Assembly (NCBI GenBank): GCA_009694085.1
Contig: SHVW01000003.1
Location: 1 to 57,852 of the forward strand
Direction of reading: 5' to 3'
Length of the DNA stretch: 57,852 nucleotides
Source: Alphaproteobacteria bacterium
GTDB taxonomy: Bacteria; Pseudomonadota; Alphaproteobacteria; SHVW01
In this document: positions 1 through 8,817 of the stretch, in pieces
Position numbering within the stretch: position 1 is the stretch's first letter
Layout: each line of letters begins with the position of its first letter
Translations under genes and position numbers: made by a program
The notes under the pieces: generated by a model
What the model was told of the DNA's origin: nothing
What the model saw: only the letters and a program-made list of their open reading frames with translations
Databases searched by the model: none

Positions 1-1497
1 CACCCCCGTCACCCGGATCAATCCGTCCGGATGTGGCACGAAGCCTTGGACCTTGGCACTAACGCCCCAGAACCATTTGCGGTGATAGAGGATCATGAGC
101 GGCCGGTCGGCCAGATAGATCTCGGCAACCTGACGGTAGATCGCCTTGCGCTGGGCCGGGTCGGTAGTTTGCTGGGCCTGCTCCAACAGACTATCGAGCC
201 GCTCGTTGCAATACTGGCCCCAATTGAGGAAGCCCTTGCAATGGAACCAGAAGGTGACGTTACCGTCCGGATCGGGCCGGCCCGACCAGATGGCGAAGGC
301 GGATTGGAAATCGCCTTTCTGCGAGCGCTGCACCATGGTCGGGCCCTCGATCGCTTCCAGCTTGATCTCGAAACCGGCCTCGCCGGCCATGGACTGGATG
401 ACTTGGCCCACCTGGGCCTCGATCGGATTGTTGCCGATATAGATGCTGAGCTGCGGCCGGGGCGCGCCGGCCGCCGCCAGCAGCGCTTTGGCCTTGGCCA
501 CGTCGCGCTTGGGCGGAGCCAGATCGGGGAAGTGATAGGGGGTGCCCGGCGCCTCCGCCTGGTTGCTGGCGATGTATTCGCCGTTGAACACGACCTGGTT
601 GATGATGTTACGGTCGATCGATAGTTCGAACGCCTCGCGCACCCGCTTGTCCCGGGAAAACGGCGTATCCGCGCGCGGCCCATGGGCCGTGTTGAAGATG
701 ACGGAATTGAAGGCGATCGATGCGCTCTCCGCCACCCGCACGCGCTGATCGCCGCGCGCCTGCGCCAGATCCGTCGGCGCCAATTGCTCGATGATATCGA
801 GCTGCCCCGCACGCAAATTGGCCAGGCGCACGCTGGCATCGGGGATCGGTAGATAAACCAAACGGTCGGCCCTAGCCGCGGCGGGATCGCGATAGCCGGG
901 GAAACGTTCGAGCACGATGCGGTCGAGGTCGATGCGCTCGACGAATTTATAGGGGCCCGAGCAGATCGGGCGGCGCGCGAAATTGGCGCCGGCCTCGGCC
1001 GCTGCCTTGGGCGACACCATCATGCCGGCACGATCGCTGAGGATGCTCAGCAGCGGCGCATAGGGCCGCTCCAGATCGAAGCGCACTGTGAGGTCGTCGA
1101 CCACCGCGACCGATTTGACCGGTGCCAATTCGGACTTGCGGCGCGATTCCGCCATGGTCTTGTAACGGTCGATATTGGCCTTGACCGCGGCGGCGTCAAA
1201 TTTTTCGCCGTCGTGGAACGATACGCCGGGACGCAACTTCATGGTCAACGCCAACCGGTCGGCCGACCAGCTCCATTCGCTCGCCAGCATGGGCACGAAT
1301 TGCAGTTTGGTATCGACCTCCACCAGTTTGTCGCACAGCCCGGCGAAGATGATGCGGCCATAGACGCTGCCGTCGGTCGCGGGGTCGAGCGTGTTGGGAT
1401 CGGAGGCGAGGCCGATGCGTAGCGTGGTTGCGGCCTGCGCCGTGGTGGCGAGCACCAGGATCGTGGCTGCCGCAACCAAGCGGTTGGTTGAAAACAT
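1..1497 (-). CDS. ABC transporter substrate-binding protein, family 5 (dipeptide/oligopeptide); 3' end just beyond the left edge
   Basis: Translated by hand (absent from the ORF track because there is no stop in the window): MFSTNRLVAAATILVLATTAQAATTLRIGLASDPNTLDPA...LASEWSWSADRLALTMKLRPGVSFHDGEKFDAAAVKANIDR...HPDGLIRVTGV. Signal peptide present; GGAGG RBS upstream. Confidence 0.9.
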   Translation of the reverse strand, partial: MFSTNRLVAAATILVLATTAQAATTLRIGLASDPNTLDPATDGSVYGRIIFAGLCDKLVEVDTKLQFVPMLASEWSWSADRLALTMKLRPGVSFHDGEKFDAAAVKANIDRYKTMAESRRKSELAPVKSVAVVDDLTVRFDLERPYAPLLSILSDRAGMMVSPKAAAEAGANFARRPICSGPYKFVERIDLDRIVLERFPGYRDPAAARADRLVYLPIPDASVRLANLRAGQLDIIEQLAPTDLAQARGDQRVRVAESASIAFNSVIFNTAHGPRADTPFSRDKRVREAFELSIDRNIINQVVFNGEYIASNQAEAPGTPYHFPDLAPPKRDVAKAKALLAAAGAPRPQLSIYIGNNPIEAQVGQVIQSMAGEAGFEIKLEAIEGPTMVQRSQKGDFQSAFAIWSGRPDPDGNVTFWFHCKGFLNWGQYCNERLDSLLEQAQQTTDPAQRKAIYRQVAEIYLADRPLMILYHRKWFWGVSAKVQGFVPHPDGLIRVTGV

Positions 1498-1529
1498 GAT
1501 GGGCCTCCATAAATGGTTTGGCCGCAAGG

Positions 1530-3323
1530 TTACCCCAACCGCTCCAACTCGTCGATGAAGCCCTCGATCACGCCGAGCCCCTTGTTCCAGAATGCGGGGT
1601 CGGAAGCGTCGAGGCCGAAGGGGGCCAGTAGCTCCTTGTGACGCAGCGTCCCGCCGGCACGCAGCATGGCGAGATACTTCGCGGCAAAGCCGTGCTCGGC
1701 ATCCTGATAGACTGCATAAAGCGAGTTCACCAGGCAGTCGCCGAAGGCATAGGCATAGACGTAGAAGGGCGAATGGATGAAATGGGGGATATAGGCCCAG
1801 AAATAGCGGTAGTCGTCGTCGAAGCGAAGGGCAGGCCCCAGGCTTTCCGTCTGACAATCGAGCCAGATCTGGCATAGCCGGTCAGGCACTAGCTCGCCCT
1901 GACGACGCTCGTCATGGACGCGGCGCTCGAACTCGTGAAGCGCCACTTGGCGCACCACGGTGTTCAACATGTCCTCAACCTTTGATGCCAGCATGACGCG
2001 ACGGCGCTTGGGCGCGGTTTCGCGTTCGAGCAAGGAGCGGAAGGTTAGCATCTCGCCGAATACCGAGGCCGTCTCCGCCAGCGTTAGCGGCGTGTCCGCC
2101 ATCAGCGCGCCTTGGCCCGCTGCCAACACCTGATGGACGCCATGGCCGAGTTCATGGGCAAGCGTCATGACGTCGCGCGTGCGACCCTGATAGTTGAGCA
2201 GCAGATAGGGGTGTGCGCTCGGTACGGTCGGATGCGCGAAAGCGCCAGACGACTTGCCCGGCTTGACCGGCGCGTCGATCCAGCCGCTCTTGAAAAAGCG
2301 CCCGCCGATCTCGGCAAGCTCGGGCGAGAAGCGCCGGTAGGCGTCGAGCACGATGGTCTCGGCCTGATCCCATGGAATGGTGCGGTCGCTGTCATCCGGC
2401 AAGGGCGCGTTGCGGTCCCAATAGTCGATCTGCTTGCGGCCGAACCATTTGGCCTTGAGGCGGTAATAGCGATGGGACAGGCGCGGATACTGCGCGCGCA
2501 CGGCGCCAACCAACGCATCCGCCACCTCGTCCTCGATCCGATTGCCCCGGTTGCGCGCCGAAATCGGGCGGGGATAGCGGCGCCAGCCATCCTCGATCTC
2601 CTTGTCTTTGGCCAGCGTGTTGGTGATCAGCGCGAATAGCTTGCCATTGTCGGCCAGCACCCGGCCGATCGATTTGGCGGCCTTACGCCTAACTGCACGA
2701 TCCTTCGACGTCATGCGGTTGAGGATTTCCGCCATGGTCAGTTGCTCGCCCGCGAGCGGGAAACGCAGCGCCGTCAGGGTTTCGTCATAAAGGCGCGTCC
2801 AAGCTGCCCGGCCGGCCACGTATTTTTCGTGCAGCAGCTTCTCCATATCGTCGGCGAGCTGATGCGGCCGGAAAATACGCAGATCGCGCAGCCACGGCCG
2901 ATAGCGGGCGAGTGCCGGAGCCGATAGCTTGGCATCGAGCGCGACATCGTCGAGCCGATTAAGCTCCAGAGTAAAGAACAGCGTCTCCGTCGATATCTGG
3001 GTGGTGCGTTCTTGGATGTTCTGATAGAAGCGGCCGATTATTGGGTCGCTCATGTCGCGGGCATAGACGAGCTGAGCGAAGCTGCCGATTCGGCCCAGCA
3101 TGTCCTCGATTCGCTCATATTCCGCAACCGTCGCCCCAAGCGCATCGCCGTCATGGGTGGCAAGCTTGCCCTGATGCGCGGCACGGAAGGCCTTGGCCGC
3201 CGCCAGCGCCCGCTCTAGGTCGGCGGCAAGTTGTTTGGATTCGATGCCATCGTAGAGATCGCTCAGATCCCACTCCGGCAACGAGCCAAGTCGTGCCGAT
3301 GTCCTAGTCTTTGCCGCCGCCAT
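1530..3323 (-). CDS. pepF: Oligoendopeptidase F (M3B family)
   Basis: 597 aa; LPEWDLSDLY N-terminus, HELGH zincin motif, LAETASVFGE, HFIHSPFYVYAY. Confidence 0.93.
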   Translation of the reverse strand: MAAAKTRTSARLGSLPEWDLSDLYDGIESKQLAADLERALAAAKAFRAAHQGKLATHDGDALGATVAEYERIEDMLGRIGSFAQLVYARDMSDPIIGRFYQNIQERTTQISTETLFFTLELNRLDDVALDAKLSAPALARYRPWLRDLRIFRPHQLADDMEKLLHEKYVAGRAAWTRLYDETLTALRFPLAGEQLTMAEILNRMTSKDRAVRRKAAKSIGRVLADNGKLFALITNTLAKDKEIEDGWRRYPRPISARNRGNRIEDEVADALVGAVRAQYPRLSHRYYRLKAKWFGRKQIDYWDRNAPLPDDSDRTIPWDQAETIVLDAYRRFSPELAEIGGRFFKSGWIDAPVKPGKSSGAFAHPTVPSAHPYLLLNYQGRTRDVMTLAHELGHGVHQVLAAGQGALMADTPLTLAETASVFGEMLTFRSLLERETAPKRRRVMLASKVEDMLNTVVRQVALHEFERRVHDERRQGELVPDRLCQIWLDCQTESLGPALRFDDDYRYFWAYIPHFIHSPFYVYAYAFGDCLVNSLYAVYQDAEHGFAAKYLAMLRAGGTLRHKELLAPFGLDASDPAFWNKGLGVIEGFIDELERLG

Positions 3324-3359
3324 GTTTCACCTTCAAGAGCGCTTGCCAGACCCGACTAT

Positions 3360-3389
3360 ATAGGGTTCCACTAGATAGGGTTCCACTAG
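3360..3389. repeat. Perfect 15-bp tandem duplication ATAGGGTTCCACTAG x2 in the pepF/fadD divergent intergenic region
   Basis: Read directly: 3360-3374 and 3375-3389 are identical. Confidence 0.9.
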
Positions 3390-3465
3390 GATCAAGAAAA
3401 GCCGCGATGGGAAGGGCTATCCCCGCCCCTGAGCGGCACACCATGGTCGCGTTTCGGGGGGAAGC

Positions 3466-5268
3466 ATGGACTATCAGGCCTGCCGCAATCTGGCGGTGTT
3501 GTTTTTCGACCAGGCTAAGGCCTTGGCCGATCGGCCGTTCCTGTGGGCCAAGCACGATGGCGCGTATCAGCCGCTGACCTGGGCGGAGGTCGACCGCCGC
3601 GTGCGCGCACTCTCGCGCGGCTTGCGCGCCTTAGGTCTGGAGCCCGGCGACCGGGTCATGCTGGTGGCAGAGAATCGGCCGGAATGGCTGATTGCGGATT
3701 TGGCCGTGATCGCGGCTGGCGGCATCACGGTCCCCGCCTATGTCACCAACACGATCGACGATCACGTCTACATCCTCGACAATGCGAGTGCCAAGGCCGC
3801 CATCGTATCGACGGCGAAACTGGCTGCCCGCGTCCTGCCCGCCGCCATGCGTGCACCGACCGTCCGCTTCGCCGTCACCATGGAAGAGGCCAAGGCGCCA
3901 GCCGATGCCACCGGGCATGCCGTTGACATCCATCGCTGGGACGAGGTGTTGACCAAGGGCGCTGCCATGCCCGACGACGTGGATGAGGTGGCAGGCCGGC
4001 GCCAGCGCAATGACGTCGCCTGCCTGATCTACACCTCGGGCACCGGCGGCAATCCCAAGGGCGTAATGCTGAGCCATCGCGCCATCCTGACCAATTGCAT
4101 GGGCGCGCACGGCGTTATCGAGCGTTTGGGGGTGAGCGACAACGTGTTTCTGTCCTTCCTGCCGTTATCCCATTCCTACGAGCACACGGCGGGGCAGTTT
4201 TTCCCGATCTCGATCGGCGCACAGATCTACTACGCCGAAGGTGCCGATACGCTTTCGGCCAATTTCATCGAGGCCAAGGCAACCATCGTCACTGCCGTGC
4301 CCAGGCTATATGAAGTGCTGCACGGCCGTATCTTGAAAGGTGTGGAGCGCGCCTCGCCGCTGAAGCAGAAGCTGTTCTACAAAGCGCTCGAACTCGGCAC
4401 CAAGCGCTACAAGGATCCGTCTAGCTTGACGCTGGGCGAGCGGCTGATCGACGCCGTGCTCGAACGCCTGGTGCGCCAGAAGGTGCGCGAACGTTTCGGC
4501 GGCCGGGTTAAGGCTTTTGTGTCCGGCGGCGCACCGCTCAACGTAGAGATCGGTACGTTCTTTACCGCACTCGGCCTGCGCGTGCTCCAGGGCTATGGCC
4601 AGACCGAAGCGAGTCCCGTTATCACCTGCAATACGTCGGAGCGGATCAAGATCCACACGGTCGGCCCGCCGCTCAAGGGGGTGACGGTCAAGATCGCCGA
4701 GGATGGCGAGATTTTGGTTCAAGGCGATCTGCTGATGAACGGCTATTGGGGCGAACCGGAGGCGACGGCCAACACGCTGAAGGACGGCTGGCTGCATACC
4801 GGCGATATCGGCCATTTCGACGAGGATGGCTATCTGCTGATCACCGACCGCAAGAAGGACATCATCGTCAATTCCGGCGGCGACAACGTCTCGCCTGCCC
4901 GCGTCGAGGGTTTCATCACGCTTCAGCCCGAGATCACCCAAGCCATGGTGTTCGGCGACAAGCGCCCCCATCTAGTCGGCCTGATCGTGCCCGATGCGGA
5001 ATGGTTGAAGGGCTGGGCTGCCACTCAGAACAAACCGGCCGATTTCGCCCAGCTCGCGAGCGATCCGGCGCTGCATGCCGTGTTGTCCGACGTTATGAAA
5101 AAGGTCAATGCCGGATTGTCCCAGCTTGAAAAGGTGCGTTACTTCATGATCGCGTCCGAGCCCTTCACCACCGACAACGGCATGATGACGCCAACCATGA
5201 AAATCCGCCGGCACAAGATCAAGGCAACCTACGGGCAAAGGCTGGAAGCACTGTACGAGCGGGGGTGA
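3466..5268 (+). CDS. fadD: Long-chain fatty acid-CoA ligase (AMP-dependent synthetase)
   Basis: 600 aa; YTSGTGGNPKG AMP-binding loop, QGYGQTE, WLHTGDIG, DRKKD. Confidence 0.9.
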   Translation: MDYQACRNLAVLFFDQAKALADRPFLWAKHDGAYQPLTWAEVDRRVRALSRGLRALGLEPGDRVMLVAENRPEWLIADLAVIAAGGITVPAYVTNTIDDHVYILDNASAKAAIVSTAKLAARVLPAAMRAPTVRFAVTMEEAKAPADATGHAVDIHRWDEVLTKGAAMPDDVDEVAGRRQRNDVACLIYTSGTGGNPKGVMLSHRAILTNCMGAHGVIERLGVSDNVFLSFLPLSHSYEHTAGQFFPISIGAQIYYAEGADTLSANFIEAKATIVTAVPRLYEVLHGRILKGVERASPLKQKLFYKALELGTKRYKDPSSLTLGERLIDAVLERLVRQKVRERFGGRVKAFVSGGAPLNVEIGTFFTALGLRVLQGYGQTEASPVITCNTSERIKIHTVGPPLKGVTVKIAEDGEILVQGDLLMNGYWGEPEATANTLKDGWLHTGDIGHFDEDGYLLITDRKKDIIVNSGGDNVSPARVEGFITLQPEITQAMVFGDKRPHLVGLIVPDAEWLKGWAATQNKPADFAQLASDPALHAVLSDVMKKVNAGLSQLEKVRYFMIASEPFTTDNGMMTPTMKIRRHKIKATYGQRLEALYERG

Positions 5269-5280
5269 TAGATCGGACGC

Positions 5281-5296
5281 TGGCATGAGTCTTGCT
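5281..5296 (+). promoter_or_regulatory. Sigma-54 (RpoN) -24/-12 promoter candidate
   Basis: TGGCATGAGTCTTGCT matches TGGCAYG-N4-TTGCW with exact spacing; intergenic, 37 nt upstream of the 74-aa ORF. Confidence 0.65.
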
Positions 5297-5333
5297 GATT
5301 TGATGGCATGACTCGAGAGATGTCTGGTGTCCG

Positions 5334-5558
5334 GTGCCGCCCTTGACCACGGCTTCGATCGGCCACAACAACAGCCCGCCGCTGGAATCCGATCCGGCGA
5401 CGAGTTGGAATTACTACTGTTGGCGCCAGGCGCACAAACGGGCCTGGAAGACGCCGGGGCGCGAAATTGCGTTGCGCCGGCTCAAGCGTGCCGAAGAATT
5501 GGGCATGACCTACCGCGAATACACCGCCATCGTCATGGATCGCGGCGTATTCCTATAG
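5334..5558 (+). CDS. Small hypothetical protein (74 aa; IGHN..P motif, EELGMTYREY)
   Basis: GTG-start ORF filling the gap between fadD and the next gene; protein-like composition, resembles small alphaproteobacterial hypotheticals (from memory). Confidence 0.7.
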   Translation: MPPLTTASIGHNNSPPLESDPATSWNYYCWRQAHKRAWKTPGREIALRRLKRAEELGMTYREYTAIVMDRGVFL

Positions 5559-5565
5559 GCGCAGA

Positions 5566-6114
5566 TCAGCCCAGCACGACCTTCTCATAATGTTCGTTGG
5601 CATAGCGCTGCGGCCTAAACTCAGGCATCGTCGGCGCCTTCGCGATCAAATCCTTGAGGATGCGGATCATGGTCTCGATATTGTCCAGATCCTCCCGGCG
5701 CACGCGATCGGCATATTTCGGCTGGGTCAAGCGTTCGCGCGCGTCCTCAAGCACGCCCACGTCGCGCTGGAACATGTCGCGCGCCCATAGCGGCATCACC
5801 TCGTCGGACTGCACGAACCGGCAATACTCAATGTTCGAATGCACCGATTTGGACAGCACGAACAAGGCGAGTTCGTCGATCTGCCGGCGCAGGCGATCGC
5901 GTTTATCGCGACCGATGTCATCGAGTTTGGCTTCGGCGGTCAAGAGCAAGGATTCGAAGACACTGACGCGCTCGCGGAATTGTTCTTTCGTGCGATAGAG
6001 CGTTCCTGGGTTTCCATCCTCGGTCCGGCCAACGAACGACAATATCTCCGTCGCCTGCCGCTCAAGAGCGGAGACGAGTTGATTGATATCGGCCTTGCCG
6101 GTTCTTCTTTCCAT
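5566..6114 (-). CDS. Hypothetical all-helical protein (~182 aa)
   Basis: Long ORF with charged, heptad-rich composition; start placed at MERRTGK, exact start uncertain. Confidence 0.7.
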   Translation of the reverse strand: MERRTGKADINQLVSALERQATEILSFVGRTEDGNPGTLYRTKEQFRERVSVFESLLLTAEAKLDDIGRDKRDRLRRQIDELALFVLSKSVHSNIEYCRFVQSDEVMPLWARDMFQRDVGVLEDARERLTQPKYADRVRREDLDNIETMIRILKDLIAKAPTMPEFRPQRYANEHYEKVVLG

Positions 6115-6175
6115 GGACCGCGTTCCGTGAGTTTCTTCACGCGCTTGATGCATATTATTCATGGAAGCGGTTGAT

Positions 6176-6192
6176 TTGCAATATTTATGCAA
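6176..6192. promoter_or_regulatory. Inverted repeat TTGCA-N7-TGCAA in an AT-rich intergenic stretch; possible operator
   Basis: TTGCA ATATTTA TGCAA, upstream of the 182-aa ORF. Confidence 0.35.
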
Positions 6193-6225
6193 TAATTAGG
6201 GTGCGCAAGAGGGGCCACTTGCCAA

Positions 6226-7206
6226 TCAGACCTTGTGATAGCCCCTGTACCAGGTCACGAACTGAGCCATCCCCTGGTTGATTGGAGTCCGCGGCTCGAA
6301 ACCGAGATCGCGGCGAGCCGCCGCGATGTCGGCATAGGTTTCTTTCACATCGCCGGGCTGCATCGGTTGCAGGTCGATGATCGCCTTGCGGCCTGCCGCC
6401 CTTTCCGTCGCCGCGATGAAGTCGAGTAGCGCTTCCGACCGGCTATTGCCGATATTGTAAAGGCGATGAGGCGGCTCTCGCCCATCGTCGGTGGGTGGGC
6501 GATCCAAACTACTCAAAATTCCGGCGACCGCGTCGTCCACATAGGTGAAGTCGCGCCGCATATCGCCGTGATTGAACACCGGGATCGGTTCGCCCCCTAG
6601 GATCTTCCTGGTAAAGATGTAGGGCGACATGTCGGGCCGCCCCCAGGGCCCATAGACCGTAAAGAAGCGCAACCCCGTCGCCCTGATGCGATAGAGGTGG
6701 CTATAGGCGTAGGTCATCAACTCGTCGGCCTTCTTGGTCGCGCCGTAAAGCGACAAGGGCCGATCCGTTTCGTCGCCGACCGCAAAGGGCAGCTTGGTGT
6801 TGGCGCCATAGACCGACGACGAGCTGGCATAAACCAGATGCTTCAATCCGACGGTGTGGCGCGCCAGTTCGAGTATGTTGAGATGGCCGGCGAGGTTGGC
6901 CGCGAGATAGTCGTGGGGCGCCTTGAGCGAATAGCGCACGCCGGCCTGGGCGCCGAGATGGACGATGCGGTCGATATCGCCCGTTTCTGCGCGCAAACCT
7001 TCCATGGCTGCACGATCGGCCAGGTCAAGCCGCCGGAAAGTGAATCCCGGCCGGGCCAGCAGCCGGGCCAGCCGCGCCTGCTTGAGCGCGGGGTCGTAAT
7101 AGGCGTTCATATTGTCTAGGCCGACCACGCACTCGCCCCGGTCGAGCAGGGCGTTGGCCGCGTGGAAGCCGATGAACCCGGCGGCGCCGGTGAGTAAGAT
7201 AGGCAT
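6226..7206 (-). CDS. NAD-dependent epimerase, UDP-glucuronate 4-epimerase type
   Basis: Start at MPILLTGAAGFIG; HLGAQAGVRYS, YASSSSVYG, YGATKKA, RFFTVYGPWGRPDM. Confidence 0.92.
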   Translation of the reverse strand: MPILLTGAAGFIGFHAANALLDRGECVVGLDNMNAYYDPALKQARLARLLARPGFTFRRLDLADRAAMEGLRAETGDIDRIVHLGAQAGVRYSLKAPHDYLAANLAGHLNILELARHTVGLKHLVYASSSSVYGANTKLPFAVGDETDRPLSLYGATKKADELMTYAYSHLYRIRATGLRFFTVYGPWGRPDMSPYIFTRKILGGEPIPVFNHGDMRRDFTYVDDAVAGILSSLDRPPTDDGREPPHRLYNIGNSRSEALLDFIAATERAAGRKAIIDLQPMQPGDVKETYADIAAARRDLGFEPRTPINQGMAQFVTWYRGYHKV

Positions 7207-7317
7207 GCAGAGGGATATAGCGCGCCGCAGCGCCGAAATCACGCGCCGCGTTGACATGCGGGACTTGCAGCCTGGCTGGCCATTGTCGATGATCCCGAGG
7301 TCATTGGGGGCCAATTC

Positions 7318-8817
7318 ATGCCGAAACGCCATCGCATCGCCGTGGGCGCGTTGCTGTTCGAGGGCAATACGCTGTCGCCCGTGGTCTCGGACATCGCCGA
7401 TTTCGCGAATCGCTACCTCCTGCGCGACGGCGAAGTCCTGACTGGACTGGCCGCGACCAACACGGAAATTGCCGGCGCGCTGGAGCTGCTGCGCCTTCGC
7501 GAGGCCAACATCGTTCCCTTGATCGCCACCAATGGCGGTTCCGGCGGCCGGGTCGCCGCCGCCGCCTATGCCCAGTTCAAGGACGAGATGCTAACCCGGC
7601 TCCTCGGCGCTCTGCCGGTGGATGGCATCTATCTGGCTCTCCACGGCGCCTTCATCGCTCAGGGGCTGGACGACGTGGAGGGCGATCTGCTGGCCGCGGT
7701 CCGCATGCTGGTCGGCCCCGCCGTGCCAATCTCCGTCAGCCTCGATCTCCACGCCCATATCACGCCCGCTATGACGCGGTTGGCGGATGTCATCGTGGGT
7801 TACCAACACTACCCCCATGACGATACCTACGAGACCGGCCGACGCGCCTGCGGCCTTCTGCTTGGCACGCTCGACGGCCGGTTCAAGCCGGTCATGCGGG
7901 CCTGTCGCGCACCACTCCTGCTACCCGCACAGAAGCAGCGCACGAAAGGTACGGGCCCGATGGCCGAGGCTTTCGCTCGCGCCCGTGCGGTGGAAGTGAC
8001 GGGTGCGGCACTGGCGGCCAGCTATTTCTGCGTCCAGCCCTGGCTTGACTTGCCCGACCTCGGATTCACGGTCGTGGTCGTCACCGATGATGACGGCGAC
8101 GGTGCCGGATGGATCGCCCGTGACATGGCGGAATGGGCTTGGAATAGGCGCCGCGACTTCGCCGTGCCAACCGTGGTACCGGCCATAGCGATCCGGCATG
8201 CCCTGGCCAATTCTGACGGCCTGGTCGTGCTGGCCGATCCATCCGATTGCGTCGGCGGCGGGGCAAGCGGCGATAGCGCCATCGCGCTCCAGGCTCTGCT
8301 CGACCATGCCGGCGATGTTCCCTCCGCCATCCAGATCGTCGATCCCTCTGCCGTTCGCCAGGCCGAGATAGCCGGTATCGGCGCTCAAATCGCCGTTGGG
8401 CTCGGCAACAAGCTCGATCCCGCCTATGGCGCGCCGGTCCATGTCGAGGCGACGGTACGGCGCCTGTTCGACGGACGCTTCACCTATGCCGGCGGACTGA
8501 TGGGCGGCGTCACCGCTAGCATGGGACCGTCGGCTGTGCTCGCCATCGGCGCGATCCAGGCGCTGGTCACGAGCGCAGCGGCCTATGAATACGGCGCCGA
8601 GCAATTCCTGGCCGCCGGCATCGATCCGGCCGCGCTAAAATTCATCGTGGTCAAGAACCCGATGAACTTCCAGCAGGCCTTTGCCGGAGCGCCGTCTTTC
8701 GTGCTGTCCACGCCCGGCCCGACCACGCCCGATCTGGCGCGCATCCCCTGGCAGCGGCTCAGCCGCCCCTGCTATCCCGCGGACGAGGATTTCGTTCCAA
8801 ATTTCGTGGCGCTCTAA
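7318..8817 (+). CDS. M81 family metallopeptidase (MlrC-like)
   Basis: 499 aa; FEGNTLSP, LALHGA, SLDLHAH, YPHDD, ADPSDCVGGG. Confidence 0.88.
   Translation: MPKRHRIAVGALLFEGNTLSPVVSDIADFANRYLLRDGEVLTGLAATNTEIAGALELLRLREANIVPLIATNGGSGGRVAAAAYAQFKDEMLTRLLGALPVDGIYLALHGAFIAQGLDDVEGDLLAAVRMLVGPAVPISVSLDLHAHITPAMTRLADVIVGYQHYPHDDTYETGRRACGLLLGTLDGRFKPVMRACRAPLLLPAQKQRTKGTGPMAEAFARARAVEVTGAALAASYFCVQPWLDLPDLGFTVVVVTDDDGDGAGWIARDMAEWAWNRRRDFAVPTVVPAIAIRHALANSDGLVVLADPSDCVGGGASGDSAIALQALLDHAGDVPSAIQIVDPSAVRQAEIAGIGAQIAVGLGNKLDPAYGAPVHVEATVRRLFDGRFTYAGGLMGGVTASMGPSAVLAIGAIQALVTSAAAYEYGAEQFLAAGIDPAALKFIVVKNPMNFQQAFAGAPSFVLSTPGPTTPDLARIPWQRLSRPCYPADEDFVPNFVAL

Noticed and set aside
31-1510. Short ORFs on both strands (e.g. 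31..624 +, 1196..1510 -)
   Set aside because: Shadows of the real minus-strand SBP gene (1..1497), which the ORF track missed because its stop lies outside the window.
7318-8817. MlrC as evidence of microcystin degradation
   Set aside because: M81 proteins are widespread, and no mlrA/B/D is present.
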